This document shows positions 14,763 to 30,612 of a stretch of DNA of 64,000 bases, one piece after another. The notes beneath the pieces were generated by a model. It made no database searches. It saw only the letters and a program-made list of their open reading frames with translations, and was not told where the DNA came from. The stretch comes from the human T2T-CHM13v2.0 reference genome, Homo sapiens, in assembly GCF_009914755.1 (NCBI RefSeq), contig NC_060933.1, one strand, 5' to 3'. A program made the translations under genes and the position numbers. How positions within the stretch are numbered: the first letter of the stretch is position 1; each line of letters begins with the position of its first letter.

Positions 14763-17700
14763 GGAAATGAACCAGGCCCTCTAAATGATGTGTGAGACAG
14801 CTCTTGGCTGACAGCGAGAACTCGTGAGAGCTGCATGTATGAGAAACAATGTGTGTGAATGTGAAAGTGACCAGCTCCCAGGCTCCACCGTGAAACCTGG
14901 CCAGAGAAGGGTTTCAACACAGACTTTCTGTGCAGAGGGGCCCCAGTGTCCTGGAGAGCCACAGGGTCTGGCAGACCTGGAGAGGGCCTGAGTCCTTGGG
15001 AACCGGATTCTCAGCCTGGGCAGGAGAAACACTGAGGACACTGAGCCCCCTTCACATTAGGTGAAAGTCACCGTGTGCACCAGAGGCTCAGAGTGGTACC
15101 TGCAAGAGCACCCGGTTGCACAGTTGTCAAGCCCCCTCCTCCAGTGAGAAAACGCAGGCTCCAAAGAATGAGACTGGACTGTGAGCTCCCAGCTCAGCGT
15201 GGGGCAGAGGCTGGACTGGAACCCAAGTCTTGTGACTCCAAGCTGAGTAGTTTCCCCTCTGCCACAGCTGCCTCCCATTAATTTCTGATGTGCGATACTT
15301 GGAAAGTGCCCCTGTGAGCGGCAGCAGGGCTGCCAGGCTGCTTAAATAGGGCAGTGCTGTCCCAGGCAGGCCACTTGGATGCTGCCGGAAATCCGTGGGA
15401 ACGAGGCTTCCCATCCCAAACACATGTCTTCCTCCGCAGCCATGAGCACTATGCCCATCTACCCAGTGGCCTCCAGATATCAATCCCAAAATGAACTTCT
15501 CATCGTGTCCCCAGAACCTGACAGTACCAGGGATACCACTCCACCGACGGTCACCCCAAGTCCCCCTCCCTCCATACCCCCAGCCTGTGGTGTCAAGTCT
15601 TGGCCACATCTGGTTGCTCTCCAACCAAAGCAAACTTTCTAGGGTACACATCTGAATGCATCAGTGCCCCTTCCTAAAAATCTCTACACCTTCCCCTCGT
15701 TGAACTCCAGGCTTCTTCAAAGGCCTTGCTCTCTGTCAACCCGAGTCTGTGCACATGCTGTTCTGTCTGCATCCATCACTGCTCCTGCTGGAGCTCTTGC
15801 ACCCACCTGGACATCAGGCCCTCCAGGGGTCCCCTCTGTGTTCTCACCTGCACCGTGCTCAGGGCTGTCCCGTTCACTGGCTGCTCAACTGGGCAAGTTC
15901 CTGAACTCTTCCCTTGTCAGGTTCTACATCCTAAAAGTGAGATAGCAACAGTATTTGCATGGCAGTGTTAATGTGAGGCTTAAATAAGATCAGGTGTACA
16001 AAGCATTTATCACAGTTCCTGGCACCTTGTAGATGCTCAGTAAATGTTAGCTGCTGTCATTATTACCATCATTATTGTTGTAGTTATACTACTGGTGTAG
16101 TTGTTGCCTTTACCGTATTTATTATTATTATTCTCATGTAAAAGTAGATGTCTCTCCTGGTGTAATTACCTGGCTACTTCTCTCTCCCACACTTGACTGG
16201 AAACTCATCTTTCTAATCCAGTGTAGTATCTCCAGCTCCTGCCCCCGAGGTCAGGACTCAGGAAAAGTTTGTCACGTGAAGGAGGGAGGGATGCTGTATG
16301 GCTTACTCCTCACAGGGAGGCTGTCAGTCAGGGTCATCATTCCTGTTTTGCAGATGTAGAATTCAGGTTCAGAGGTGTGAGGTGACCTACTCAAGGTCAC
16401 TCATCCTGCAAATGGCAGACACAGGTGGTGGACCAGGCCTGTCTGCCTTCAGATCCTGAGTCTTTGGCATCACTGTTCATCATCCTGTCCACTCCAAGGC
16501 TGTTGTTAGGAGGCTCTGGGCTCATTTCTCTTCCAATCAATGAGAGGTCTGTTGGGCAGCCTGTTGCTTTCTTGAAAGAAGTGTAATGAAAACCAGATTT
16601 TTTTTCAACATGATATCTCGTTCCCCACAGAGACTGTCAGTTCTCATATGTTCCAATAAAACTGCTAAAGAAACAGCCACTTAAAGAGCTTTAAAGATTA
16701 TTCATGGAAAAATTATGCTGAGGAAAAATGGAGCAATCCTCTGAGATAGTCAAGCCACATGGTCAGTTTTTCCAGCTGTCCGTGCCATATCGGGGCTGGC
16801 AGCAGGAACTGCACTCTGCTCAGCCCGCCCAGAGCCCTGGTGCATTATGACCACCCACACCCTTGCCCCTGCTGCGGGACATGGAGAAACAAACTTGCCA
16901 GCCACCCAGCTCACAAGTGGTCCCAGAAGACACGTGTCCCTGGTGCTGTCACGTGGTGGCCACCCCAGGCTTGGCAGGGCAGGAACATGAGGCCTTTCAG
17001 TAGCAGAGGGTGTCACTTACTGGCAGAGAGGCCCCCCATCCCTGGGGCCCAGTTGAATGGGAATTCTTCTGCTTCCGCGTCAGACCCAGGCTGTTGGTCA
17101 ACAATGCAGAAGAGGGGAGGAGCTGAGACCCAGAGCAGGGAGAGCAGCATCAGCTTTGAAACGGTGCCCAGGGAGGCTGCAGGCTTTTCTGCTGGGCCCC
17201 CCACCCTTCCTCCAGTTGGGTCAAGGGGCATCTGAGGCCAGGCGTGTCTCCCAGGGCCATCCACAGCCGAAAGAAGAGGTGGCAGATCCAGGCCTAGTCC
17301 TGGAGGGAGAGTCAAGAATTGAATGGAAGAGACCAAGGGCAAGTCCAGTGGGTTTGGGAGAGACTGGGCATGGGAATCGGAGCTAGAGGCAGGAAGCACA
17401 TGGAGACAGACAGGAAAAGGAGTCAGGCAGGAGTGAGCAGGAAGGGCCGAAGAAGTTACCAGAAGAGACTTGGAGCCTCCGCGTCTCACTGCACCCCTCC
17501 AGCTGTGTGACTGCAGAGTGCCTCTGAGCCTTCCTTTAAAATGGCGATGATAAAAGTTACTAACCTCATAGGAGTCAAGGAACAGGACTTGGAAGTGTTT
17601 ACTCAAGTCTGGCACACAGTGCATAATAGATGCTAGTTCCCATCACCTTCCTTTCCTCAAGGGTAGTAACTGGGTCTTACCCACTACAGACTTCCTGGAG

Positions 17701-18455
17701 GAAATGTCTCCTGTTTACTAGATCACTTCAGATATGGCCACCGTGTTCCTCCTTCCTCATGTTCTGACCAGCGCCTGACCTCTGAACAGCTAGCCTTCCT
17801 CCCCAGCCACCACAAGAGTGCGGCACACCTGGGATCAAGTCCTGCCTCCAGCGTGCAGTAGCTCTGTAAGCCCCACTTTCTGATCTGTAAAATGGGGCTA
17901 CTAAGAGTTTCCACCTCAAGTCTTGTGGCACAGGTACAGAGCATAGCGCTGGGCGCATTACATTAGATTATAATTATCATCATTATTATTACTACCACAA
18001 CACCAGGTAGCCTTGGGTTCCACTCCAAACCGCAAGGGAGGAGCAATGCAATTTGACCTTTAGAAAACACTTTTCTGAGTCAGGGTGGGAGCCAGAGTGA
18101 CTCAGGCAGTGAGACTGTAATCCCTCGCGCATGGCTGCTGATAAACAAGGCAAGATCCACCCTCTACATGGATTTGTTTCTTGAGCAATATGTGCAAAAC
18201 CAAAACAAAGCAGGATGGTTTTCATTCTTCGTTTTCCTTTCTGGAACAACTGCACGAGATGTTTCCTTTGGAACGGAGCCTGCCTGTGTTGCAGCGCTTT
18301 GAGCAGAGTTTCTTCCCCCGGGGTGCACAGCAGAATCACCTGGAGAGCTTTGGCTCCAGGTCTGCAATGCCCAGACCCACCTGTGGCCCACAGAATCAAC
18401 CTCCAGGGGTGGCCCAAGAAACTCCGTTTTTAACACTCTCTCCAGATGGTTCTGA

Positions 18456-18738
<283 letters not shown>

Positions 18739-19039
18739 TCAAAGAAGCTGATGACCACATGGAACCCCTTGCGGGGAAAATGCACAGATACAAAAGCTTA
18801 GCTGCACTTTCAGTCCTCTATACACCTCTCCTGGGTTTGTGAAGTCTAAGCCACAAACCTTTCCTTTAGAGTCATGCCTCTCCAGTTCCATTACGGTGGA
18901 TTGGTCTGTCAGATCCTGTTCTTGAGATGCCATCTGAAAGCAGGAACTGGGGCCTCAGAGAGCCTCTCCTCTCTCCTGCCACCAGGCTGGTTTATCTAGG
19001 CAGCTGTGCCAAGAGGCAGTGTCGGGTGGTGGGGTCTCT

Positions 19040-19860
<821 letters not shown>

Positions 19861-20389
19861 GCACCCACAAGGCCTAGACTTGAACCTAACCCCGTCGCCA
19901 GCCAGGTTCTGGACGCATGCTTGGTGCCTACCCACTGAGCTTCTACTACTCTACTTGCAAGTTGAAGCTAATAATACAGACCTCAGAGGAGTGCTGTGTG
20001 GATTAAATGTGAAGGCACTACAGGGTCAAGGCAGACACAAATGATACAAGTTGGGTGGTTGGAGGAGAGTTTCAGAATGGGGCTATTTACAAAGATGTGG
20101 GCAGAGTGTGGGGACCCCAAAGGACAGCTCAGTACCCCAGGGTTAGAAATAGACTGCCACCTCTCAGGAGGGACCCCACAGGCAGAGAGCCAAAGGAGGC
20201 AGCTCCCCGTCAGCCTAACCCAGCGAGGGGCCAGAGCGGGCCAGGGAGCCTACTGACCTAGCCCCATATGCAGCCCCCTGGTCCGTGGCACAGGGTGGAG
20301 AAGGGTGGAGGACAAATCTGGAGGGGCAGGTGGAGATTCCAGCACAGCACCTGGCACAGAGTAGGTGGCCACTATTTTTAAAGTAGTCT

Positions 20390-22419
<2,030 letters not shown>

Positions 22420-22424
22420 TCCAC

Positions 22425-23900
22425 TGGGATTTTAAGAGTGGCTTAAATGGCCAGGTCAGGAAGAACTTTGAACACCATGTCATGGATGATTTCAAGCAAG
22501 GCGGTGACATGGTTAGCTTCACGTTTTTCAAATACTTATGAAGCTGTGCTTGGGTTAGATTTTAGAAGATCAGACTGGAGGCAGGAAGACAATAAAATGT
22601 GGGGGCCCAGACCAGTCAGTGACAAGAGAGGTGGGCAGGGAGGGGCTGTGCAGAGTCTGGAGGCCATGATGACTGTGCAGCAAGTGAGGAGGGAAAGGGA
22701 GGAGAGAAGAGGCAAGTTGCCGTGTGGCAGGAGCCGAGGGTGGGCTCCCATTCCAGGCCAGGCGACTGGGCAACCCACAGTGCCTCCAGCCAAGGCTGGA
22801 AACAGGAGAAGGAGTTGCAGGCTTAGCCTTAGCTGTGCTGCACTTGATGCATCTTAGGAAAGGGCAGATGGAGGGATGGTGCCAAGAGGTGGATGTATGG
22901 GTCTCAGGCTCAGAAAAGAGGTCTGGGCCAGGCCTGGTGGCACCCTCCTGTGATCCCAGCTACTCAGGAGGCTGAGCTGACAGGGTTGCTTGAGCTGGTG
23001 AGCCAGGGAGGTCGAGGCTGCAGCGAGCCATCATAGCATCACTGCGCTCCATCCTGGGTGACAGGGCCAGACCCTGTGTCAAAAAAAAAGAAAAGAAAAG
23101 AGGACTGTAGTCAAGATTTAAGAGTCATCAGCTATCCAATCAAAGAAAAAACAGGAGCCAAAGAGGGAGTCCTGTGTGGACAACTCCAGCATGAGGGGTG
23201 TTAGAGGAAGAGAAGGATCTCACGGAAGAGGTGGTGACAGTGATTGAAGAGGCACAGGGAGAAGCAGGAGAGTGTGGCATAGTGCCTGCCAAGGAAGGAG
23301 GGCATTTTGAGAAGGAGTGACCCCGAGCACCAGGTGCCAAGGGCTCTGGGAGGAGGCTGACGAGCCTTCATTGATTTGGCAAGAAGGAGGTCAGTGGATG
23401 TGTCATTAGGTACAGAAGTCAGAGCTGAGTGACTGGAGGAGCACAGACCTCCATTTGCTGGGAAAAGATCCAGTGAAGGACCTTGGCTTACAGGGAAAGA
23501 GAGACTAGAGCTTGCCTGTAGGCTGGGGGAAGGAGCCAGAGAGAGAAGGGGAAAGTGAGGCAGGGAATTATCAGAGGAGACGGGTAGGACCTGAGAGAAG
23601 AGAAGGGCCCCGGCCTGGTGGGAAGGCCAGTGTGAATGGAGGTGTGCATGGCCACTGCAAGGGTGGCTGTGAGAGAGATCCCACCTGACATCCAGTGTTG
23701 TCACTGAAGTAAAGAGTGGCAGCATTTGAAAGGGTTGGGGTCTTGGAGTTGCCCGGGGGCACTGAGGAAAGAAGTGACATTTTGGAATGTTATTGAGAAT
23801 AAGAAAGTTGGCTAAGGCTTAATAAAGGGATTGGTGGGGGCGGATGAAGGAGAAGGTGCCTGTGCAGAGTGGGGTTGGGAAGGAGGGGGGACAGCAGAGA
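22425..23900 (-). mobile_element. L2 fragment with inserted Alu monomer (22925-23100)
   Basis: G-rich antisense L2 motifs (GATTTAAGAGTCATCAGC, TCAGGCTCAGAAAAGAGGTCTGGG); approximate bounds. Confidence 0.6.
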
Positions 23901-24801
23901 AGACAACTCATGGGAAGTGAGCACTCAGCCAGCACAGGAGCTCAGAACTGGAGGTGATGCAAGTGCCCTTGCCTCCTGAATCTGCCAAAATGCCAGATGG
24001 GCCAGCCTTCCCACAGTATACGGGCTGGGGGTGTGGGTCATTATTTTGGACATTAAGATGACCCAAGCAGGCTGGAGGACATGGGAACCTGTAGGCCACT
24101 GGTGGGTCTGTAGGGCCTTGTGTTGGAGGACCTGGAGGTCTGGGTGGGCTTGGGCCTTATGGGTCCCCCCAAGAAAGTTCTCCAGCCATGGCCAGGCAGC
24201 CACCCCCTTGATCTGCTCTGCATTTGGTGTTCTCTGCAGGAAGCAGCTGAGCCCCTTTGTAGAGTCACTCTTTCCCACCCCCAGGGCCTGGCCCAGATAG
24301 CCAGAGCTAGGCGAGCCTCTGGAGTCACCTCCCTTAAAGACCTCCCTTCCCAAGCCACAGAAACTAAAGAGTGCCACAGTGGCCAGGGTCACATTCCTCC
24401 AGACATGGCTGAAGACATGGCCAGCATGAAGGATTTGGCCTCAGTGTCTGTGTATTGTGCACAGTGAGGTTTGCGCCCCTAACTCCCTGGCTCTGGTGAC
24501 CTGTTAGCCCCATGACTGGGTTGAGAAGGACATGGTAATAATTACCATAATAAATTAAGTATGAGGGCTAACTATGAAAGTCTGCGTACATTACCTCATG
24601 GACTTCTGACCACCTGCAAGGTGAGTTGAATTATTCCCACTTTTCAGATGAGGAAACTGCAGCTCAAGGGATATGTTCAGTAACCTATCCATGGTCCCAG
24701 GTAGCAAATGAAAGACCTAAGATCTGAACCCTATCTGTCTAGCTGTGCTCTTGCCCCTTTTTGTTTAATGAGTACATAGAGACCAGAAAGTGGCTGTGTA
24801 A

Positions 24802-25187
<386 letters not shown>

Positions 25188-25513
25188 TAGATAAGTCATG
25201 CCATGGTGAAGCAGGGCCAAGACTATCCCCATGTCCATCCATGGTGCCCTCCCTTTGGCCAGGACAGCAGGACATTGACCATCCTGAGAGTTGGTTGTCA
25301 GCCTTGGGAGTCAAGTACTATATGGAGAGTGAAGGATCAATATCTAATGAGTAGGAAGCTACAGAGCTCATATGAACCTTGCCCCACCTGTGACAGCTGG
25401 GCCAGTTGCTGTACTTCAAACCCGGGGCCCACCTCCACACCTCAACCCAGCCTGTGCAGCCCCTCACCCTCCCATCATAACCCCCGTTGTTGCTCTCTCT
25501 GCTCTGTTTGCAG

Positions 25514-25640
25514 GTCCCTCTGCTGGCTCCGGTTCTGCGAGGTTCAGCCGGAGGCCCACCTGTCCTGACACATCTGTTGCTGGCAGCCTCCCCACACCTC
25601 CAGTCCCCAGACACAGGAAGAGCCACAGCCTAGGCAACAA
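25514..25640 (+). CDS. RALGPS1: RALGPS1 exon [42 protein letters not shown], containing the PxxP SH3-binding motif
   Basis: ctctgtttgcag|GT...AACAA|gtgggt; phase 1 to 2. Confidence 0.95.
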
Positions 25641-26175
25641 GTGGGTGACTGAGCAAGCCCTCCCGCCGGGCTTCAGACCGTCCTGCACATGGGCCTGGGC
25701 ACAGTGCAGGGAATCACTTGCTGGCTGGGTCCCTCCCCTGCCCTGTTCTGGGAGTTGCTGATGAGAGCTCTTGGAATCCTGGCCAGTGCGCTTTCCTGAG
25801 GCTGGTGTGAGCTTGGGAGGAGCTGAGGGGCACTGTGGCAGCACTGACTCCACACCACCGACAGGTGTCTCAGGCTCAGCAGCTGATGGAGGAAGGGTGC
25901 AGGGAAGGGCAGGGAAGTAGCAGTGGCATTCCAGAGAATTTGCCCAAGCCCAGTTAATGACTCATGGAAAACCCCAAAGTCCAGTAGACACCAGTGACTG
26001 TCATCCAGGGCAGTGTTCAGTTTCTCATGGCATCTGCCTACAGAGCAGTGAACCTGCTGGCTCATCAGTCCTGTGAGGCCCATAGCTGGGGGACATGCGT
26101 GAGCCCTCGGCATGGCTAGGGCAACTGTGCCTGTGTCTCCAGGGCATTAGGCACAGGCTTCCGAACAGATGAGTC

Positions 26176-26277
26176 CCTTCCTTCCTTCCTTCCTTCCCTC
26201 CCTTCCTTTTCTCCCTTCTTCCTTCCCTCCCTCCCTCCCTTCCTCCTTCCTTCTTTCCTACCTACCTACCTACCTAC
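26176..26277. repeat. (CCTT/CCCT)n + (CCTA)n pyrimidine-rich microsatellite
   Basis: Read directly. Confidence 0.85.
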
Positions 26278-26896
26278 CACTTCCAAGGCACAAGCTCAGC
26301 CCAGCCTAGGCAGGCCCTGGAGGAGCTCCAAGGCTGGAGGAGAAAGAGTTGCTCTTTGAGTGTTAAGCAGCCCTCTGTGCTAGACACTCTGCATATGCCT
26401 GTCAAGCATGATCTCCCTGAGTCCCCATGCAGGCCTCTGAGGTGGGTGCTATTATTACATATTTTGAGAACGAGTCTAATGAGGTTCAACAAGGTGAAGT
26501 TCGTTGCAATGGTGGAAAAACATCAGAGCAAGGGTCTGGACCCGGTGCATGTGACTCCAGGAGCAGACATCCTGGCCACAGGCCCACTGCTGCTCACCTG
26601 TGCAGCCTCATCACTCACGAGCACATCTGCTCACTCGAGCCTCATAGCCACCAGGGGGATGGGCAGGGCAAGTATCGTTATCCCCATTGGATGGATGGAG
26701 AAACTGAGGCTCAGAGAAAGGATGTGACTTGCCCAAGGTCATGGCATGAGAGAGGACAGAGCCTGGGCTGTACCGTGGCTCTGGGTGGAGGCCTTTTTCC
26801 TGCAGCTGCACCATCTGCTCCGGCCCCAGGCAGGTGTAACCACTGTCACTCCATAGATAAGGAGCTTTGCCTTCTTTCTTCCTTTCCATTTTCCAG

Positions 26897-27054
26897 TATG
26901 ATGTGTCAGTTGAGTGTAGTTGAGAGTAAAAGTGCGACATTCCCATCGGAGAAAGCAAGGCACCTACTGGACGACAGTGTCCTAGAGTCCCGCAGCCCCC
27001 GAAGGGGCCTGGCTCTGACCTCCTCCTCTGCTGTCACCAATGGACTCTCCCTAG
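26897..27054 (+). CDS. RALGPS1: RALGPS1 exon (N)[52 protein letters not shown]
   Basis: ccattttccag|T...CTAG|gtaagc; phase 2 to 1. Confidence 0.93.
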
Positions 27055-29437
27055 GTAAGCGTCTCCGGCCTGCACATGATAGGCTGGTGGGCTGTAGGCC
27101 CAGCGTGTGCTCCGTGTCTGTCTCTGTGTCACTGTGCCATGCCCAGTGGCGCTATCATTCTTGGGGACCCAGTGGCCCCTCACCTCCCTGCAGAGGTGGC
27201 TGCCTGCAGGAATCGCCCAGACCCAGGGAAACCCTTGTCTCCTAGCCTCGTGGGCTTCATGAAGAGCCCTGGATCTGTCCTCATCCTGCTGGTGGCATGG
27301 CAGGCAGGTAGAAAAAGCAGCCAAACACATGCCTGAGACCAGCTGCCATTGGCTGGCAGCTCCCCAGACCAGACTGGACCACAGTCAGGCTTCTGTCCCT
27401 GGGGGATCATGACCCACAGGGCCCTGCAGGGCAAAGCAGGAGAGGCAGCCAGGGAGGGTAGCTGGGTGGCCACTGGGTTCTCACTGCGTACTTGTCTTCA
27501 CAATGGGAAGCTAGAAGGAGGGAGGATGAAAAATTGATATTCAGGGATGAAATTGCATCACTGAGTGTCAGCCAGACGTGGTGCTTATGGCAACAGAAGA
27601 GACAGAAATTGTGCTGCTGAGGCTGGGATAAGAAGAACTTGACATTAGGACTCAGGCTGGTGTTGAGCTCTGGTTGTAGGTCCGTACCCCTGCAGTGTCC
27701 AGGTCAGCTGAGGACAGGTGGGCACCGCCCTGTTATTACTGCCGTCAGGCCAGTGTGCTCTGATGCCTGTTGCCTTTCGGTGTGCCTGTGCCTCTGTGGT
27801 CTGTGTGTCTGTGTGTCTGTCGGCTTCCCTTAGCAGGGAGTCCTCCCATGGCTGGTGGTTAGACCAGTTGCCGAGCTGGGAGTTGATCTTGTGAGGACTG
27901 CAGAGCAGAGGGCCCAGAGCATGGGGGTGGGGGGCGGGAGGGGACAGGAGAAACAGGCAGGAATCACTCCCATGTCTCTGTGAAAGCAAGTCAGTCTCAG
28001 AGGGCATGGGCAATATCAGTCCAGGGGTCGCTGTCTCCCACGCCCTGGAAGTCTGACAAGCATGTTCTGTGTCTGCCTCTGTCCTCAGAGGAGGTCATCC
28101 TGTTTGGAGCCAGTCAGGGTTATACAACAGCTCAGGACGATGTGTCCGGGGTTACGAGGTGTGCCTTGGGAGAAGAGTTCCAGGTCATGCATGGGGAAAG
28201 GCTGGGTTGAGCAAAGGTGTGCAGGTTTCTTCCCAGAGACGCAGCTGTGCTGGTAGGTGGGAGTCCTCTAAGAAGGCATCAGAGTCCACAGTGTCCACAT
28301 TCTTTGGTCATGGGACCCTCTTCCTTGGAGTGTCCAATGGGACCTGGGTTCTAAGGAATGCCCTCTGGGAAATGCCGGCCCAACAGCACTCAGCTGGGCG
28401 GCAAAACAGCTGTTTTATATCCAGAAAACTTTGTGAGCTGCGCCTGAGTCCAGGCCTTGCTATTCCTGAGATAGAAAACGGAGTCAGATGCAGAGCTGTC
28501 CAACGTCCAGACAGGAGATCATAAGGTTGTTTGGTTCCCGGCTCCTCAAGTTGGGGAATTGAAACTGTTTTTCTGTTTGAGGCCAAAAGCCCTGATGAAG
28601 CGGCCATTTGTGCATGTGCCCTGTTGGGAGCTGGGCTGGTCCTCCCCTCTGTGATGAGGGCTGTTACTCAGACAGATGCCAAGGGGCCTGGGATCTCCTC
28701 CCTCCCCCTTTCCCAGTGCTCAGCCTTGGTGCTCTTTCAGGCAAAGAGCACTGAACCTCAGAGCCTCTGAGGTCTGAGAGACAGTCCAGAAGCATTGCGC
28801 ATGGATGCTTGGGTGAGAGGAGAAAATCTCTCCTCCAAGAGGGCTTAGAGAGCCCGGGAGAAGCAGGGTCGCCCATTCAGCCCAGAGGGACAGGCCTGAA
28901 GGAGGAATAGGGAGCAAAGCTGTGGGACCCAGCCCCTCTCTGTGACCCCACTGGCCAGGGGTCTGCAGGGGCTCTCCCTTGAGGCTTCTGTCTAATGCCA
29001 GGTAGCTGCACTGTGACCAACGTCTAGTCAAGTCCTGACCCTTGGGGAAGAGGAAGAGGTGCTCATTTGGCCTCACCAGGTGAGGCCTGTTCTAGTCCTG
29101 GCTTCACTTGGGCCAGAAGGGAGGCAGTGGTGGAGCCAGGTCAGACCCAGAAGAAAGCCTGAGGACCCAGACCCCAGCGGGCCAGTGGGCAGTTAGCTGT
29201 GGCCCCCGGGGGCAGTGGGAAGGTAGCAGAGGACCTGCCTGGAACAGTGGTTCTTTGACCCTCCCAGAGCAGAGTTAGAACTCACAGCAAAAACTCGAGT
29301 ACGTTGAGGCTCCCAATGTCAGGAAGCAGTTTCTGTGGCACTTCTGTGAGCTCAGGGGGCCTGGGCTCGGTGACCCAGGAGAACAGGCCCCTCTTCTGTG
29401 AAGCCGTTGTGCTCATTGACCTGTGTTCCTTTTCCAG

Positions 29438-29489
29438 GCAGTAGTGAGAGCTCAGAGTTTAGTGAAGAGATGTCTTCAGGGCTGGAAAG
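29438..29489 (+). CDS. RALGPS1: RALGPS1 52-nt exon GSSESSEFSEEMSSGLE(S)
   Basis: ttccttttccag|GC...GAAAG|gtgagt; phase 1 to 2. Confidence 0.93.
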
Positions 29490-29943
29490 GTGAGTGTGGC
29501 CTCAGCATGGCCTCCCTCCCAGGGGCGGTGCTCAGGGCTGAGGGAGCCGAAGACAGGCCCCGGGCAGGGACGGGCCCTGCCCCACCCACCCCATGAGGCT
29601 GCTCTGTGGCTCCTTCAGCAGACTGGCTGGGGCAGGGCTGAGTAGGAGGGAGGATGGAAGAGCAGGATGGTTGCTGGGGCCCCAGCCCCCATGCTCTGAG
29701 CAGCCCCATGCCTCCCCTGATCCAGGAGGCTCTTCCTCCAGCACAGCTGCAGGAGGCCTGTGAGTAGATTTGGTCCGAAGTGTGGGTTCTTGAAACCAAA
29801 AGCCTAAGAAGTGGCCTGTTCTTGAGATGGGCATGTGGCTCCGCCTGGTGGGGTCTGAGAATATTGCACCCTAATGGCCTCAGGCCTTCGGTATTTATTG
29901 ACCCCCACCCTGCTAGGCACTGGTGACAGGGAAGTGGCCATAG

Positions 29944-30051
29944 CCTCTGCCTCCCTCGAGGATCCCTCTGCCTCCCTCGAGGATCCCTCTGCCTCCCTCG
30001 AGGATCCCTCTGCCTCCCTCGAGGATCCCTCTGCCTCCCTCGAGGATCCCT
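29944..30051. repeat. 21-bp minisatellite (CCTCTGCCTCCCTCGAGGATC) x5.1, perfect copies
   Basis: Read directly. Confidence 0.97.
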
Positions 30052-30342
30052 TGGCCCAGGGTTTGGCTCCCTGGGAGAGCCTGTCTGCCAGGGCCCCAGG
30101 CCTCCTGCTCAGGAATTCCCATCGCACAGCTCCACGTACTAGTGTTTTCCTGTGCCAGGCGCCCGGTGATCTCTAGGAAGGCAGGCAATGCTGTGAAGGG
30201 GGTACCCCCACAGCCATGGCACCACCAGGGGTGAAGGGCATCGTGGCGACTCAGGGTTTGAGAGGAGGCGGGAAACATCCAGTGACCAGTGACACAGAAT
30301 GTCCAGGAAAGGCAGGTTTGCACCAGTATCCAGGGCCCTGGG

Positions 30343-30612
30343 CACACACACACACGTACACATGCACACTCACATATACACACATGCCCTACACACACAT
30401 ATACCCATGCACACACTGTACACTTGAACTCACCTATGCTTGCAGTGTCACGTACACAGGCACACGCTCACACATGTGCTTGTGTATACATTCATATAAC
30501 CACACTGTCACACGTGGGTGTATACACTCACACGTACATATGCATGCATGCATGTACCCTCTCACACATTTGTGTGCATAAACACTCATATGCATACACG
30601 CACACACACACA
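30343..30612. repeat. Degenerate (CA)/(TG)/(TA) alternating purine-pyrimidine tract
   Basis: Read directly. Confidence 0.85.

Noticed and set aside
26427-27245. 272-aa ORF as a separate gene
   Set aside because: It is the RALGPS1 exon 26897-27054 with chance open intronic and MIR-derived flanks
29944-30051. CRISPR-like array or SSREAEG/SASLEDP repeat protein
   Set aside because: No unique spacers, eukaryotic context; ORFs are by-products of a 21-bp tandem repeat
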